64,000 nt of DNA, from the NCBI GenBank assembly GCA_040377305.1, contig JBEIPA010000003.1, positions 64,001 to 128,000 on the forward strand, written 5' to 3'. The position numbers were made by a program, and so were the translations under genes. Of this stretch, positions 30,389-40,030 are shown one piece after another; the stretch's first letter is position 1; each line of letters begins with the position of its first letter. The notes below the pieces were generated by a model. That model did not search any database, was not told the DNA's origin, and saw only the letters and a program-made list of their open reading frames with translations. This stretch comes from Flavobacteriales bacterium. GTDB lineage: Bacteria > Bacteroidota > Bacteroidia > Palsa-965.

Positions 30389-30732
30389 TACCAGTCTGAC
30401 TTACGTTTCTTGCTCTTCACTTTTGTTTTCGACGCACGTTTGCGTTTCGACAATTCTAATTCCGCCAATTGTATCGGACTCGGTTGAATCTTCACTTCAA
30501 ATTCGGAAAGCACATGCAATTGACGCAACGCCCTGAGCAATTGAATGAGCGTAATAATATTCGCACGCATCCCGTTCTCAAAATCAATCAGTGTAGACCG
30601 ACTTACACCAGCTTCCTCTGCCAGTTGTGCCTGTGTCTTGTTCAGTGCCAGACGGTGATGCTTGATGTAAGCACCCATCTCCGCCACAATTGCAGTATCA
30701 CTAAGGGCATATATGTCGGAAAAAGTAGACAT
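30388..30732 (-). CDS. XRE-family HTH protein, HipB-like antitoxin
   Basis: TQAQLAEEAGVSRSTLIDFENG; TAATG overlap with hipA; TATATTTG at 30771-30778 (minus). Confidence 0.85.
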   Translation of the reverse strand: MSTFSDIYALSDTAIVAEMGAYIKHHRLALNKTQAQLAEEAGVSRSTLIDFENGMRANIITLIQLLRALRQLHVLSEFEVKIQPSPIQLAELELSKRKRASKTKVKSKKRKSDW

Positions 30733-30812
30733 TAAAGGCTAATTATGGATATAATGTATGATATTACCTACAAATATAAGTATTTATGACACTTGTTCTG
30801 TAGAAGCACTCA

Positions 30813-30850
30813 CACAAAAAAGCCGCAATCTCCCGATCACGGCTCTTTTT
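30813..30850 (-). terminator. Hairpin repeat copy 3 (terminator-like)
   Basis: cacaaaaaagccgcaatctcccgatcacggctcttttt downstream of prolyl oligopeptidase. Confidence 0.65.
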
Positions 30851-30879
30851 ACTATTTCCTATCGCCTATTACCTACTAC

Positions 30880-33006
30880 CTAATACGTCATGCCCAAATT
30901 CTGAAACACAAACGCCCAGATATCCGCCCACTCTTCAATCTGCTTCGTAGTCGGTTTGCCTGCACCGTGACCCGCATTTTTATCAATGCGAATCAGGATA
31001 GGTTCTTTGCCTTGCTGCTTCTCTTGCATGGTTGCTGCAAACTTGAACGAGTGCGCAGGAACAACGCGGTCATCGTGGTCACCTGTTGTAATGAGTGTCG
31101 CAGGATATTCAACTTCCTTCACGTTGTGTAAAGGTGAGTACGCCATCAGACACTTGAATTGTGTTTCATCTTCGCTCAAGCCATAGTCACTTGCCCACGC
31201 GCGACCAATCGTGAACTTGTGGTAACGCAACATGTCGAGTACACCAACCTGCGGAATACAAACCTGAAACAAATCAGGACGCTGTGTTTCTACAGCACCA
31301 ATGAGCAATCCGCCATTCGAACGACCGGTAACCGCAAGCTTGTCTTTGTTTGTGTATTTCTCAGCGATGAGGAATTCAGCAGCTGCAATGAAATCATCAA
31401 ATACGTTTTGCTTGTTGCAGAGAATTCCATCTGAATGCCATTTCTCGCCGTACTCATCTCCACCGCGAATGTTCGCAACTGCATACACGCCGCCACTTTC
31501 AAGGAATACACAACGGTCCATACGGAACTCGGGTGAGTAATGCGAATTGAATCCACCGTAACCAAAAAGGAATGCAGGATTATTTCCGTCCATCGCAATT
31601 CCTTTTTTGTGCGTCACGAACATCGGAACTTTTGTGCCGTCTTTGCTCGTGAAGAACACCTGTTCTGTTTCGTAATCTTCCGATTTGAAATCACACTTCG
31701 GCTGGAAATACAATTCTGTTGTCGCTGTATGCAGGTTGTATTTGTAAATCGATGGTGGACCAGTAAATGTTCCGATGCCAACAAATACCAAACTATCTTT
31801 CTTGTGCGTGCTCAATTCGTTCACTGCGCAGATGTCTGTATTGCCGCATTGAATGTCGCCCTTCTTCACTCCGGCGCGATCGTAGATTTCGAGTTTCGAT
31901 TTTACATCAACGAGATAATGCACGATGTACGCATCAGGAACCATGGAAATTCCAACCATGTAGTTCGCTGCTTCCGGAATAATTGTTTTCCAGTTTGCTT
32001 CTCCCGGATTGTTGATGTCAACTTCAACCAGCCTGAAATTCGGCGCACCGTGATCCGTACGCATGATGATTTTACCGTCGATGATGTCGAGCACTCCGTA
32101 TTCATCAGCTTCGTCAGCCAACGGAACAATCGTTACGAATTCAGCATTCGGTTTCGTGAGATCTTTTACCATCAAGCCACTACCGTGTGTAGATTTTGAA
32201 GAGTAAAGAATGAGCCACTTCTCGTCATCAGTTACATCCGGACCGAACATCCAATCCGGGTGTGCTTCGTCTTTGTAAACGAGAACGTCTTTTGACTGAT
32301 CATCGCCCACTTTGTGATAAAATACTTTCTGATTTTGATTCGCTGCAGAAAGTGCGCTTCCTTCCGGCTTGTCAAATCTTCCGTAGAAGAATCCGTCTGC
32401 TTTCCATGCTGCTCCGGAGAACTTAATCCACTCCAGGTGATCTTTCAGCTGTTCTCCAGTTGCAATGTCCTTCACATAAAATTCCGACCAGTCAGAACCG
32501 GCTTTGCTGATCGAATACTGATAATATTTCCCATCATTCGAAGGAGAACCACCATTGAATGAAGAGGTTCCTTCTGCTGAAAGAGGATTCGGATCAAACA
32601 ACACTTTTTCTGTTCCGCCCAGCGTGTCGACATAATATTGCACCGACTGATTCTGCAAACCATCGTTGCGCGAATAGAAATATCTTTTCCCACGACGATA
32701 TGGCGCACTACGCTTCTCAAAATTCCAGATGGTAGTTAAACGCTCCTTAATCTTTTCGCGGTTGGCAATTTTCGAGAGATAGTCGAACGTCAATGCATTT
32801 TGAGCATCTACCCATTTCGCAGTTGAATCAGAATTGTCGTCTTCCAGCCAGCGATAAGGGTCTGGAACCTGAACACCGAAATAGGTGTCGACAGTATCGA
32901 CTTTGCGGGTTACCGGATATTTGTAGCCGGTTTCTTCCGCGCTGCCAGAAGAGCACGATTCAATCATAAGAATACCAGCGGTTGCAATAAGGAGGTTACG
33001 GATCAT
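30880..33006 (-). CDS. Prolyl oligopeptidase (S9A), lipoprotein
   Basis: DPYRWLED, GYGGF, GRSNGGLL (Ser), DHDDRVVP (Asp), AGHGAGK (His). Confidence 0.97.
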   Translation of the reverse strand: MIRNLLIATAGILMIESCSSGSAEETGYKYPVTRKVDTVDTYFGVQVPDPYRWLEDDNSDSTAKWVDAQNALTFDYLSKIANREKIKERLTTIWNFEKRSAPYRRGKRYFYSRNDGLQNQSVQYYVDTLGGTEKVLFDPNPLSAEGTSSFNGGSPSNDGKYYQYSISKAGSDWSEFYVKDIATGEQLKDHLEWIKFSGAAWKADGFFYGRFDKPEGSALSAANQNQKVFYHKVGDDQSKDVLVYKDEAHPDWMFGPDVTDDEKWLILYSSKSTHGSGLMVKDLTKPNAEFVTIVPLADEADEYGVLDIIDGKIIMRTDHGAPNFRLVEVDINNPGEANWKTIIPEAANYMVGISMVPDAYIVHYLVDVKSKLEIYDRAGVKKGDIQCGNTDICAVNELSTHKKDSLVFVGIGTFTGPPSIYKYNLHTATTELYFQPKCDFKSEDYETEQVFFTSKDGTKVPMFVTHKKGIAMDGNNPAFLFGYGGFNSHYSPEFRMDRCVFLESGGVYAVANIRGGDEYGEKWHSDGILCNKQNVFDDFIAAAEFLIAEKYTNKDKLAVTGRSNGGLLIGAVETQRPDLFQVCIPQVGVLDMLRYHKFTIGRAWASDYGLSEDETQFKCLMAYSPLHNVKEVEYPATLITTGDHDDRVVPAHSFKFAATMQEKQQGKEPILIRIDKNAGHGAGKPTTKQIEEWADIWAFVFQNLGMTY

Positions 33007-33082
33007 AGCGTTTGGATGAAGATCAAATGTAACAGGAATTCGTGGTGTAAATAATAGAGTTGTATGAACGGCGTTTAGAGTA

Positions 33083-33166
33083 GGGGAATTGAGGGATTAA
33101 GGGATTAGGGGATTTTGGGCCTGCTTGAAAGTTTAGCCCAAATACCCAATTCCCCAATCCCTGAAT
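33083..33166. repeat. Inverted pair of 8-mer repeat tracts forming a long hairpin between divergent genes
   Basis: GGGGAATT GAGGGATT AAGGGATT AGGGGATT TTGGGC ... GCCCAAAT ACCCAATT CCCCAATC CCTGAAT. Confidence 0.7.
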
Positions 33167-33197
33167 AAGGTTATTTTTACCCCGAAATTGCATCCTT

Positions 33198-34136
33198 ATG
33201 ACCGCCCAAAAGAAAGAAAAAGTCCAACCGAAGACCCAAAAAGTATACCGTAGCTATAATGGAAGTTGGGACGATATTGACTCGGAAGAAACGCCGGACA
33301 CCAGTGCGTGGAAACTGACTTACGATCGTGAGTTCACCAAAGACGGAGAACTGGTTTACGAAATTGAATTCGATGTTGCAGGTAGCGAAGTGCAGAAGCA
33401 GCTCAACACGTATAACGATAAGGAGAAAATCACCCGACACGAATTGTACAACGAAGGTCAGCTTGTAGAGACCATTGTATTCGAATACAACGAGAAGGGT
33501 TTGTTAGCTACAGAATACCGCGAGTTCGAAGAAGGATATCCGCTGTGGACAATTTATACATACGATGATGAAAATCGGGTGGTAGAGAAACGCATTGAAG
33601 ATACCGACGGAGAGCAGGAAAAGCGTGAAACTTTCGAGTATCACAGTGAGTGGAAAGACAAAGTGGTGAAGCACGAAGTGTACGACGAAGAAGATAGGCT
33701 CACTACTTCCGAAGAAACTGAGTTTGAATTGCGCGAGGGCGAAGTAAAGATCAAAGTGCAGCGCTTGACGGACAACACAATTAATCAAACGCGCAAAACG
33801 GTTTTCTACGATGCTAAAAATCGGGAAGACAATATCGCTTACGTTACATACAACGAAAAAGACAAAGCACTTGAGTTGTTTAAGGTGATATACGATGAGA
33901 ATGGTCGTGAAGTTGAAGAGCGTTCAGAATCGGTTTTGCCATCAGAAAACTTTGAAGTGATTTACACGTACGACGAAGAAGATCGCATCATTCACCAGGA
34001 ACATCGTCAGGGCGACCGCATTCTGAGCAAACACAATCGCCGCTTCAACGAAAAACATCTTCCTTCTTTTCACGGATTTCGTTCTGCGAACAGAGGAATG
34101 CATGTAGACTTCTTTGAGTATACGTATTTCAATTAG
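33198..34136 (+). CDS. Acidic beta-hairpin repeat protein (YD/RHS-like), no signal peptide
   Basis: Recurrent Y.Y(D/N)E(K/N)G/..R...E units. Confidence 0.65.
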   Translation: MTAQKKEKVQPKTQKVYRSYNGSWDDIDSEETPDTSAWKLTYDREFTKDGELVYEIEFDVAGSEVQKQLNTYNDKEKITRHELYNEGQLVETIVFEYNEKGLLATEYREFEEGYPLWTIYTYDDENRVVEKRIEDTDGEQEKRETFEYHSEWKDKVVKHEVYDEEDRLTTSEETEFELREGEVKIKVQRLTDNTINQTRKTVFYDAKNREDNIAYVTYNEKDKALELFKVIYDENGREVEERSESVLPSENFEVIYTYDEEDRIIHQEHRQGDRILSKHNRRFNEKHLPSFHGFRSANRGMHVDFFEYTYFN

Positions 34137-34201
34137 GTACTACTTTATTTCCTGAGTGAATTCCTGTTCAGGGTTGATTGATTAAAGCAAGGTGTGAAGA
34201 A

Positions 34202-34894
34202 ATGAGAAGAGTGTTGTTGGTGTTCGGAGTTCTCATTTCATTGTGCAACTACGCACAGGATAGTACACGCCGTACAGCAGCTCCTGCACCGAAATCGTTT
34301 CTTTCAACAATTCCTGCCCGTAGTATTTTGAGTGACTACAACATCGGTTACGCGCATTCTATTTCTTCGAAGTATACCTTGGAGTATCGCATCGGTTGGG
34401 TTCATCGGAACAATATTCTTCACGAGTACTACGAAGGCTGGTTCACTTCAACCGACTGCCGTTTTCACGGACCATCGTTCTACTTACAGCTGAACAAATG
34501 GAATTACATGAAAAGCATGCGCCGGTATTACTGGGGCATTATCACTGGCTATCGCTACACCTGGTATTACGAAAAGTCGTTGTGGCTGGGCGGTAATAGC
34601 GGAAGCAGTTTTGAGGAACGCCCGGTGTTGTCGCAATGGAGAAACGGTATTTATGTTCTGGGTACTTTGGGGATTCAGACCACGCGGGTGTCGACTTTTG
34701 AAATATCAGTAGGAATTCGCGTGATGCAGACTTATACGCACGTTTCAGATACACGATTTCATCCGCAGTATATGACGCCTGAAGAATACGACGAGTACCG
34801 CGTGAGCCTGATAACTGAAATTCCGTATGCGATGGGGTGGGGGATTCAACCTGTATTTCGCATTTCGAGCCGACTTGGTTTATTTGAGTGGTAA
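34202..34894 (+). CDS. Hypothetical outer-membrane beta-barrel protein
   Basis: Start reassigned to ATG 34202; signal peptide ending YAQ; aromatic-rich strands, C-terminal RLGLFEW. Confidence 0.6.
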   Translation: MRRVLLVFGVLISLCNYAQDSTRRTAAPAPKSFLSTIPARSILSDYNIGYAHSISSKYTLEYRIGWVHRNNILHEYYEGWFTSTDCRFHGPSFYLQLNKWNYMKSMRRYYWGIITGYRYTWYYEKSLWLGGNSGSSFEERPVLSQWRNGIYVLGTLGIQTTRVSTFEISVGIRVMQTYTHVSDTRFHPQYMTPEEYDEYRVSLITEIPYAMGWGIQPVFRISSRLGLFEW

Positions 34895-34966
34895 TCTCTG
34901 CGCACACTTCAAAGACCTTTGAAGTGTATGGTGGTCACCGTCGGGCATCAGCCGGCGTTACTTAGG

Positions 34967-37900
34967 CTACTCAAACACTACATTACCGATTCTGATAATC
35001 ACTTTCGTGCCAAGCGATTCTCCATTCGCATCTACAACATCCACAATTTCCATATAACTCTTCGGCTTGCCTTCCTCGCTCATCTGCTCCAAACGCTCAC
35101 GCGTAATTTCCATCGCAGCCGACTTGTGATCTTTCTTAATGCCCGCTTCGTACTCTGCAGCTTTCTTGCGACCAACACCGTTATCCTCCACTTCACAGAT
35201 GATGTATTGCTGATCGCCATTCTCTCCATCTGCTTTTCCTGCCAATAGGAAACGAATGGTCAAAATTCCACCGCCTTCAATTTTGTGCTTCAGTCCGTGA
35301 ATGATTGCATTCTCAACAAATGGCTGCACCAGCATCACCGGAATAAAAGTGGACTCGTGTTGTATCCGTTCATCAATCTCGATAATCGTCTGGAACGGAT
35401 TAGCATGACTCATTGCTTCCAGCGCGGTGTAGTTGTACAGCAATTCCGTTTCCTGTTCAATGCTTGTGTATGACGTGCGCGAATTCTCCAACGTCATACG
35501 CATGAGTTTACCGAACTTCGCGAGATACTTTCTTGCTTCAGCAGAATCGTTGCGCGCAATGTATCCGTTAATGGATTGCAACGCATTGAAAATAAAATGC
35601 GGATTCATCTGCAAACGCAAAGCTTTCTGTTCCAATTCAAGAACGTGTTTCTCTAAGCGAACTTTCGAAAGCAATTCTTTCCCGCGACGTTGTGCAGTTT
35701 TCAGTCTCCATCGGAAGATAATGATGAGCAACAACAATATTCCTCCACCCACAGCAAGTCGAAACGGCCACGTCTGGTAAACCGGTGGTGTTATCCGGAA
35801 GCTGAACGTCTGAAGATCGCTCCAGTAGCCATCGCTGTTTTTCGCTTGCACCTGGAATGTAAAATCACCGGGTTGTAAGTTTGAATACGTTGCTTGGCGC
35901 TCACTGTTTTCCGGAACCCAATCTGTTTCGAAGCCAACAAGTCTCCAGCGAAATTTCACACCTTCCGGATTTCTCAAGTCAATACCCGTGAACTCAAAAC
36001 GCAGGTGATTTTCTTCATACGGTAACTCAAGCGACTCCGGCACCGGAAACCATTTATATCCGCCCTGCCGACTTCCGTATTGCGTTTCTTCAATCGGATC
36101 GAAGAACAAGCGAATGCCCGTGATGTGAATCTTCGGTGGTGTTTCAGTGATAAAATCATTTTCCGGATGATATACACTCGCACCGTTAATTGTTCCGAAC
36201 CAAACTCCGGTTCCGCTGTCGAGACAAGCCGCATTCAGACTCACTTCAATTCCTGTGAAACCTTCACCTTTTCCGTAGTGCTTTACACTGGTGATTTTTC
36301 CGGATGCATCATACAATGCACGGTCAACACCTTTCTCAGTGCCCACCCAAAGATGTCCGGTCTTATCTGCGAGCAGTGAATACACATTGTCCGAAGCCAG
36401 TTTATTTGCAACGGTATACTTCATAAACTCGTTTCCGACATACGATGTGATTCCACCAGCGCCGCCGAACCAAAGATTTCCATAGTTGTCTGTGGTGATG
36501 GAACGCACAAAATTTCCAGCGAGACCATCAGCCGCGGTAAAATGCTGTTTCACTCTAGTAGATAGCGTATCATAGTCCATGAGAAAAACTCCTGCGTTCG
36601 TCGCCACCCAAATATTTCCTTGCGCATCACCGGCAATGCAATTCACCCGATCACTTTTCGGAACCGTAAATCCTGAATCTTTTCCGACTTTGAAAATCTG
36701 ATCAGTGGCCGGATCATAAATGCTGATGTAACCACCTGCAGTTCCAATCCACGTTCTGTTGAGCGAATCAACATACAAGCATTGAATAATGGAAAGTGAA
36801 AGTCCGTCGTTTCTCGTGTAGTGTGTGAATGAACCATTCGATAAACTATAAACACCATCGCCAGTGGTTCCAAACCAAAGCTTCCCCGCAGTATCCTGCG
36901 CCATCGCGCGCACTTTGTACGATGTAAATCCTGCACCATCGAAGTAGTTCGTGAAGTATTCTCCGTCGTATTCAGTCACTCCGCCATTCGATGTTGCAAA
37001 CCACATGTGATTCAACGTATCACACAACACGGTGTATACCCACGGACCCATATCGCCGCTTTTCTCATTGAAGTGGATGAATCGTTCTCCATCTAATCGA
37101 CACAATCCTCCACCGGAAGTACCGAACCACATGTTGCCCCAGGAATCTTCCAGGATGCACGACATGGCATTGCTGCACAAACCTTGTTGCTCAGTGAAGT
37201 TGGTAACCTTGTCTCCATCCAATCGCGTTACACCACTGGCAGTTGCAATCCACAATCTGCCGAATCGATCTACTTCAAGACAATGCACGGTATTGTTTGT
37301 GAGTCCATCTTCTTGCGTGAAACGTGTGAACTTTCCATTCTTCTGCAATTGATATAATCCACTTCCGTAAGACGCAAACCACAATCTTCCCAAACCATCT
37401 CGTGCAACAGAATAGATCGAACCAACACCTGGAAGTCCATTGCTTCTGTCATAACGTTGTGTTGTTCCGTCAGTCTTAAAATGCATTGCACCCATTTCGG
37501 TTCCGACCCAAACAGACCCATCTGTGTCTTCGTAAATGCAGTTGATCCACGACGATGGAAGAATGTCGACTTCAGAAGTACGGTTCGGGTCGCGCTCACG
37601 GTAGGTGGTGACTAGATTATTTTCAATCACAAACAATCCGGTGTCTTCTGTACCAATCCAGGTTCTTCCGTCGGCACCGCAATGAATCGCACGAATGTTG
37701 TGTGGTCTTCCTGGTAATTTTACTTCTGAAAACGAAATTCCATTGAAAATGCAGGCGCCTTCATCTGTTCCAATCCACACATTGCCATCCTTGTCAGTTG
37801 CGATGGTGCGTACAAAATCGTTCACCAATCCGTCGTATGTTTTGTAGTTGCGGAATTCTGTCCCGTCGAAACGACTAACTCCACCGCCACGCGTTCCAAG

Positions 37901-38050
37901 CCACAGATAACCTCTGGCATCCTCGCAAATTGCAAATACCTGCGACTGGGCGAGTCCATCAGCCACAGAATAACTGCGAAAGTTATACTGTTGAGCAGAG
38001 AGAAAACCGCTCAAAACACACAAGAAAAGACCAATCAGAAGCCTCCGCAT
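34967..38050 (-). CDS. LytS-type sensor histidine kinase with two-component regulator propeller and Y_Y_Y domains
   Basis: Repeated D..G.LW.GT propeller units, YSNL.PG.FTFQV, TM helix, QMNPHFIFNAL, QPFVENAIIHG, DNGVG. Confidence 0.93.
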   Translation of the reverse strand: MRRLLIGLFLCVLSGFLSAQQYNFRSYSVADGLAQSQVFAICEDARGYLWLGTRGGGVSRFDGTEFRNYKTYDGLVNDFVRTIATDKDGNVWIGTDEGACIFNGISFSEVKLPGRPHNIRAIHCGADGRTWIGTEDTGLFVIENNLVTTYRERDPNRTSEVDILPSSWINCIYEDTDGSVWVGTEMGAMHFKTDGTTQRYDRSNGLPGVGSIYSVARDGLGRLWFASYGSGLYQLQKNGKFTRFTQEDGLTNNTVHCLEVDRFGRLWIATASGVTRLDGDKVTNFTEQQGLCSNAMSCILEDSWGNMWFGTSGGGLCRLDGERFIHFNEKSGDMGPWVYTVLCDTLNHMWFATSNGGVTEYDGEYFTNYFDGAGFTSYKVRAMAQDTAGKLWFGTTGDGVYSLSNGSFTHYTRNDGLSLSIIQCLYVDSLNRTWIGTAGGYISIYDPATDQIFKVGKDSGFTVPKSDRVNCIAGDAQGNIWVATNAGVFLMDYDTLSTRVKQHFTAADGLAGNFVRSITTDNYGNLWFGGAGGITSYVGNEFMKYTVANKLASDNVYSLLADKTGHLWVGTEKGVDRALYDASGKITSVKHYGKGEGFTGIEVSLNAACLDSGTGVWFGTINGASVYHPENDFITETPPKIHITGIRLFFDPIEETQYGSRQGGYKWFPVPESLELPYEENHLRFEFTGIDLRNPEGVKFRWRLVGFETDWVPENSERQATYSNLQPGDFTFQVQAKNSDGYWSDLQTFSFRITPPVYQTWPFRLAVGGGILLLLIIIFRWRLKTAQRRGKELLSKVRLEKHVLELEQKALRLQMNPHFIFNALQSINGYIARNDSAEARKYLAKFGKLMRMTLENSRTSYTSIEQETELLYNYTALEAMSHANPFQTIIEIDERIQHESTFIPVMLVQPFVENAIIHGLKHKIEGGGILTIRFLLAGKADGENGDQQYIICEVEDNGVGRKKAAEYEAGIKKDHKSAAMEITRERLEQMSEEGKPKSYMEIVDVVDANGESLGTKVIIRIGNVVFE

Positions 38051-38189
38051 AGACAGATCACCAAGTTATTGCAAAAAAGCACCCCTTTCCCATTGGAAAA
38101 ATATTGTGCGCCCGTTTGAACTTTTTTAACAGATGGGTGTACCGGATTGTTGAATGACTCATTGGGCTTAAAACCCGAACTTTGATACG

Positions 38190-39440
38190 ATGAAATCCTT
38201 GAAAGAAATCTCCCTGTTGTTGAACAATCGATCTGGCAAGTCGTCGCAGTTTCTGACCATTTTGCTGTTCACAGTACTGCTTCTGCCTGCTGACGGCTGG
38301 AGTCAGGCAAATCCAGCGAACAACAATCAGAACATGAACATGAATTCACAGATCAACTATGATCTGTCGGCTCAATATTCTGCGCTCATGGATCCGATCT
38401 ATGGTTATGGCGCAACGGAAAGTACCACCAATTTCTCTGCAAGAAACTATTGGTCGATGTACACAGCCGCGAACCCGAATGATGCGGATGCATGGTTCAA
38501 TTACTACCGTTCCACCCGATACATTGCAGAAGGCAGCGCAGGTTTCAAGGAATTGCAGGCCGATCTCGATACAATCGCAAATCACCTGCGGAAACATTCG
38601 CAAGGAACGTGGGAGCAATTGATCGTTGAATACTGGAACAGCAATCGCGACCCGAAAAAGGAAGCAGCACTCAATTCAGCGTATGCCTTGCGTCCAACGG
38701 ATCCTATCACCTTACGTTTCATGACCGGAATGGAATACTTGCACGGAAAGACGCGCTCCGTGTATAATTACTACGTAAAGTGGAAAGCAACCGGAGAGTT
38801 GCCCTTGTCGACGGAGAGTTATGCCTACAACGTCATGCAGTCAATTCCTACAGATGCAATTCTCTTCACGAATGGAGAAATGGACACGTATCCGTTGCTT
38901 TATCAAATGCAGACGATTGGAGCAAGCGGGGTGAAGGTTGTGAGCATTGCGCTCTGTAATCGCACAGATAATCGCTCTAAGATTTTTTCGAATGCCGGAT
39001 TGGCGATTCCAGACAACGATCTGACTTCCGCAATCAACGCCGCGTATATTGCCCGCGTTGCAGCTGCAAATCCTACGAAGAAAATTTATGTCGCTTCAAC
39101 CTGCGGAGCAACTGTTCTCAAAGCATTGCAGTCAAATCTGTATTGCACCGGACTTGCATTCCGTTACAGCGAAACCCCGATTGACCATCTCACTTATCTG
39201 CGTGACAATGTGGGTTCGCGTTTCAAGCTCGACAACGTTGGCAAACCACGTTCAAGTACGAATCGCTTCGATGTGAATTATTCTTCCAGTCTCGAGATGA
39301 ATTATTACCTGCCGTTGCTGATTGCAGCGGATCAGTACGTACAGGCTGGAAATCCAACACGGGCCGCGCAGTTGAGAGCGAAAGCAATTACTATCCGTCA
39401 GCGTGCAGGCTACGACGAACCTATTCGCAGCGAAGAGTGA
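38190..39440 (+). CDS. Exported hypothetical protein (helical N-terminus; DUF2723-like C-terminal motif)
   Basis: Signal peptide; YAYNVMQSIP.DAILFTNGEMDTYPLLY resembles the ILFT.GDNDTFPLWY motif. Confidence 0.6.
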   Translation: MKSLKEISLLLNNRSGKSSQFLTILLFTVLLLPADGWSQANPANNNQNMNMNSQINYDLSAQYSALMDPIYGYGATESTTNFSARNYWSMYTAANPNDADAWFNYYRSTRYIAEGSAGFKELQADLDTIANHLRKHSQGTWEQLIVEYWNSNRDPKKEAALNSAYALRPTDPITLRFMTGMEYLHGKTRSVYNYYVKWKATGELPLSTESYAYNVMQSIPTDAILFTNGEMDTYPLLYQMQTIGASGVKVVSIALCNRTDNRSKIFSNAGLAIPDNDLTSAINAAYIARVAAANPTKKIYVASTCGATVLKALQSNLYCTGLAFRYSETPIDHLTYLRDNVGSRFKLDNVGKPRSSTNRFDVNYSSSLEMNYYLPLLIAADQYVQAGNPTRAAQLRAKAITIRQRAGYDEPIRSEE

Positions 39441-40030
39441 ACCTGTTCGGTAGCACATATAAAACGCTGAGCGACGAGGAATTGATGACGCGGGTAGCAC
39501 GTGGAGACAAACGGGCGTTCGATACGGTGTACACACGTCACTCACCGGCGTTGATGCGTTATTTTCATCGCATGTTGTGGCGCGACAAAGAGAAGTCGGA
39601 AGATTTTGTGCAGGATTTTTTCATGAAAATCATCAAGCAGCCCGCTTCATTTGATTCGCAGAGAAAGTTCACAACGTGGATGTACAGCGTGGCACACAAC
39701 ATGTGTAAAAATGAATACCGCAAGATGGAGATTCGTAAGCCTACCGAGTTTGAAAGTGTTTCGGGAATTCTTCCAAGCGAACAATTGGAAGCCGGCAAAC
39801 GCATAGATCGGAAGGCATTCATGAATAGCCTCGGTGCGGAACTGGAAAAACTCGACGAAGGTCAGCGTACTGTTTTTGTGCTGCGCTACGAAGAGAATTT
39901 ATCGATCAAAGAAATCGGGGACATTATGGACATCTCCGAGGGAACAGTGAAGTCACGATTATTTTATACCCTGCGAAAGCTTTCGGATAAATTGAAAGTA
40001 TATGCGCCGGAAAATAGGACAGCAAGATGA
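39437..40030 (+). CDS. ECF RNA polymerase sigma factor
   Basis: DEELM..GD..AF, ED.VQD.F, F.TW.Y.VA.N, S.KEI...GTVKSRL; GTG start overlapping the upstream stop. Confidence 0.95.
   Translation: MNLFGSTYKTLSDEELMTRVARGDKRAFDTVYTRHSPALMRYFHRMLWRDKEKSEDFVQDFFMKIIKQPASFDSQRKFTTWMYSVAHNMCKNEYRKMEIRKPTEFESVSGILPSEQLEAGKRIDRKAFMNSLGAELEKLDEGQRTVFVLRYEENLSIKEIGDIMDISEGTVKSRLFYTLRKLSDKLKVYAPENRTAR

Noticed and set aside
28467-30850. Triple repeat as a CRISPR array or integron attC array
   Set aside because: Copies are 0.5-1.8 kb apart and separated by whole genes; no cas or intI gene; no RYYYAAC/GTTRRRY attC ends identified.
31159-32720. Many antisense and alternative-frame ORFs (e.g. 31540-32199) inside long genes
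   Set aside because: Shadow ORFs of well-supported CDSs with no motifs; the same applies to similar ORFs throughout the window.
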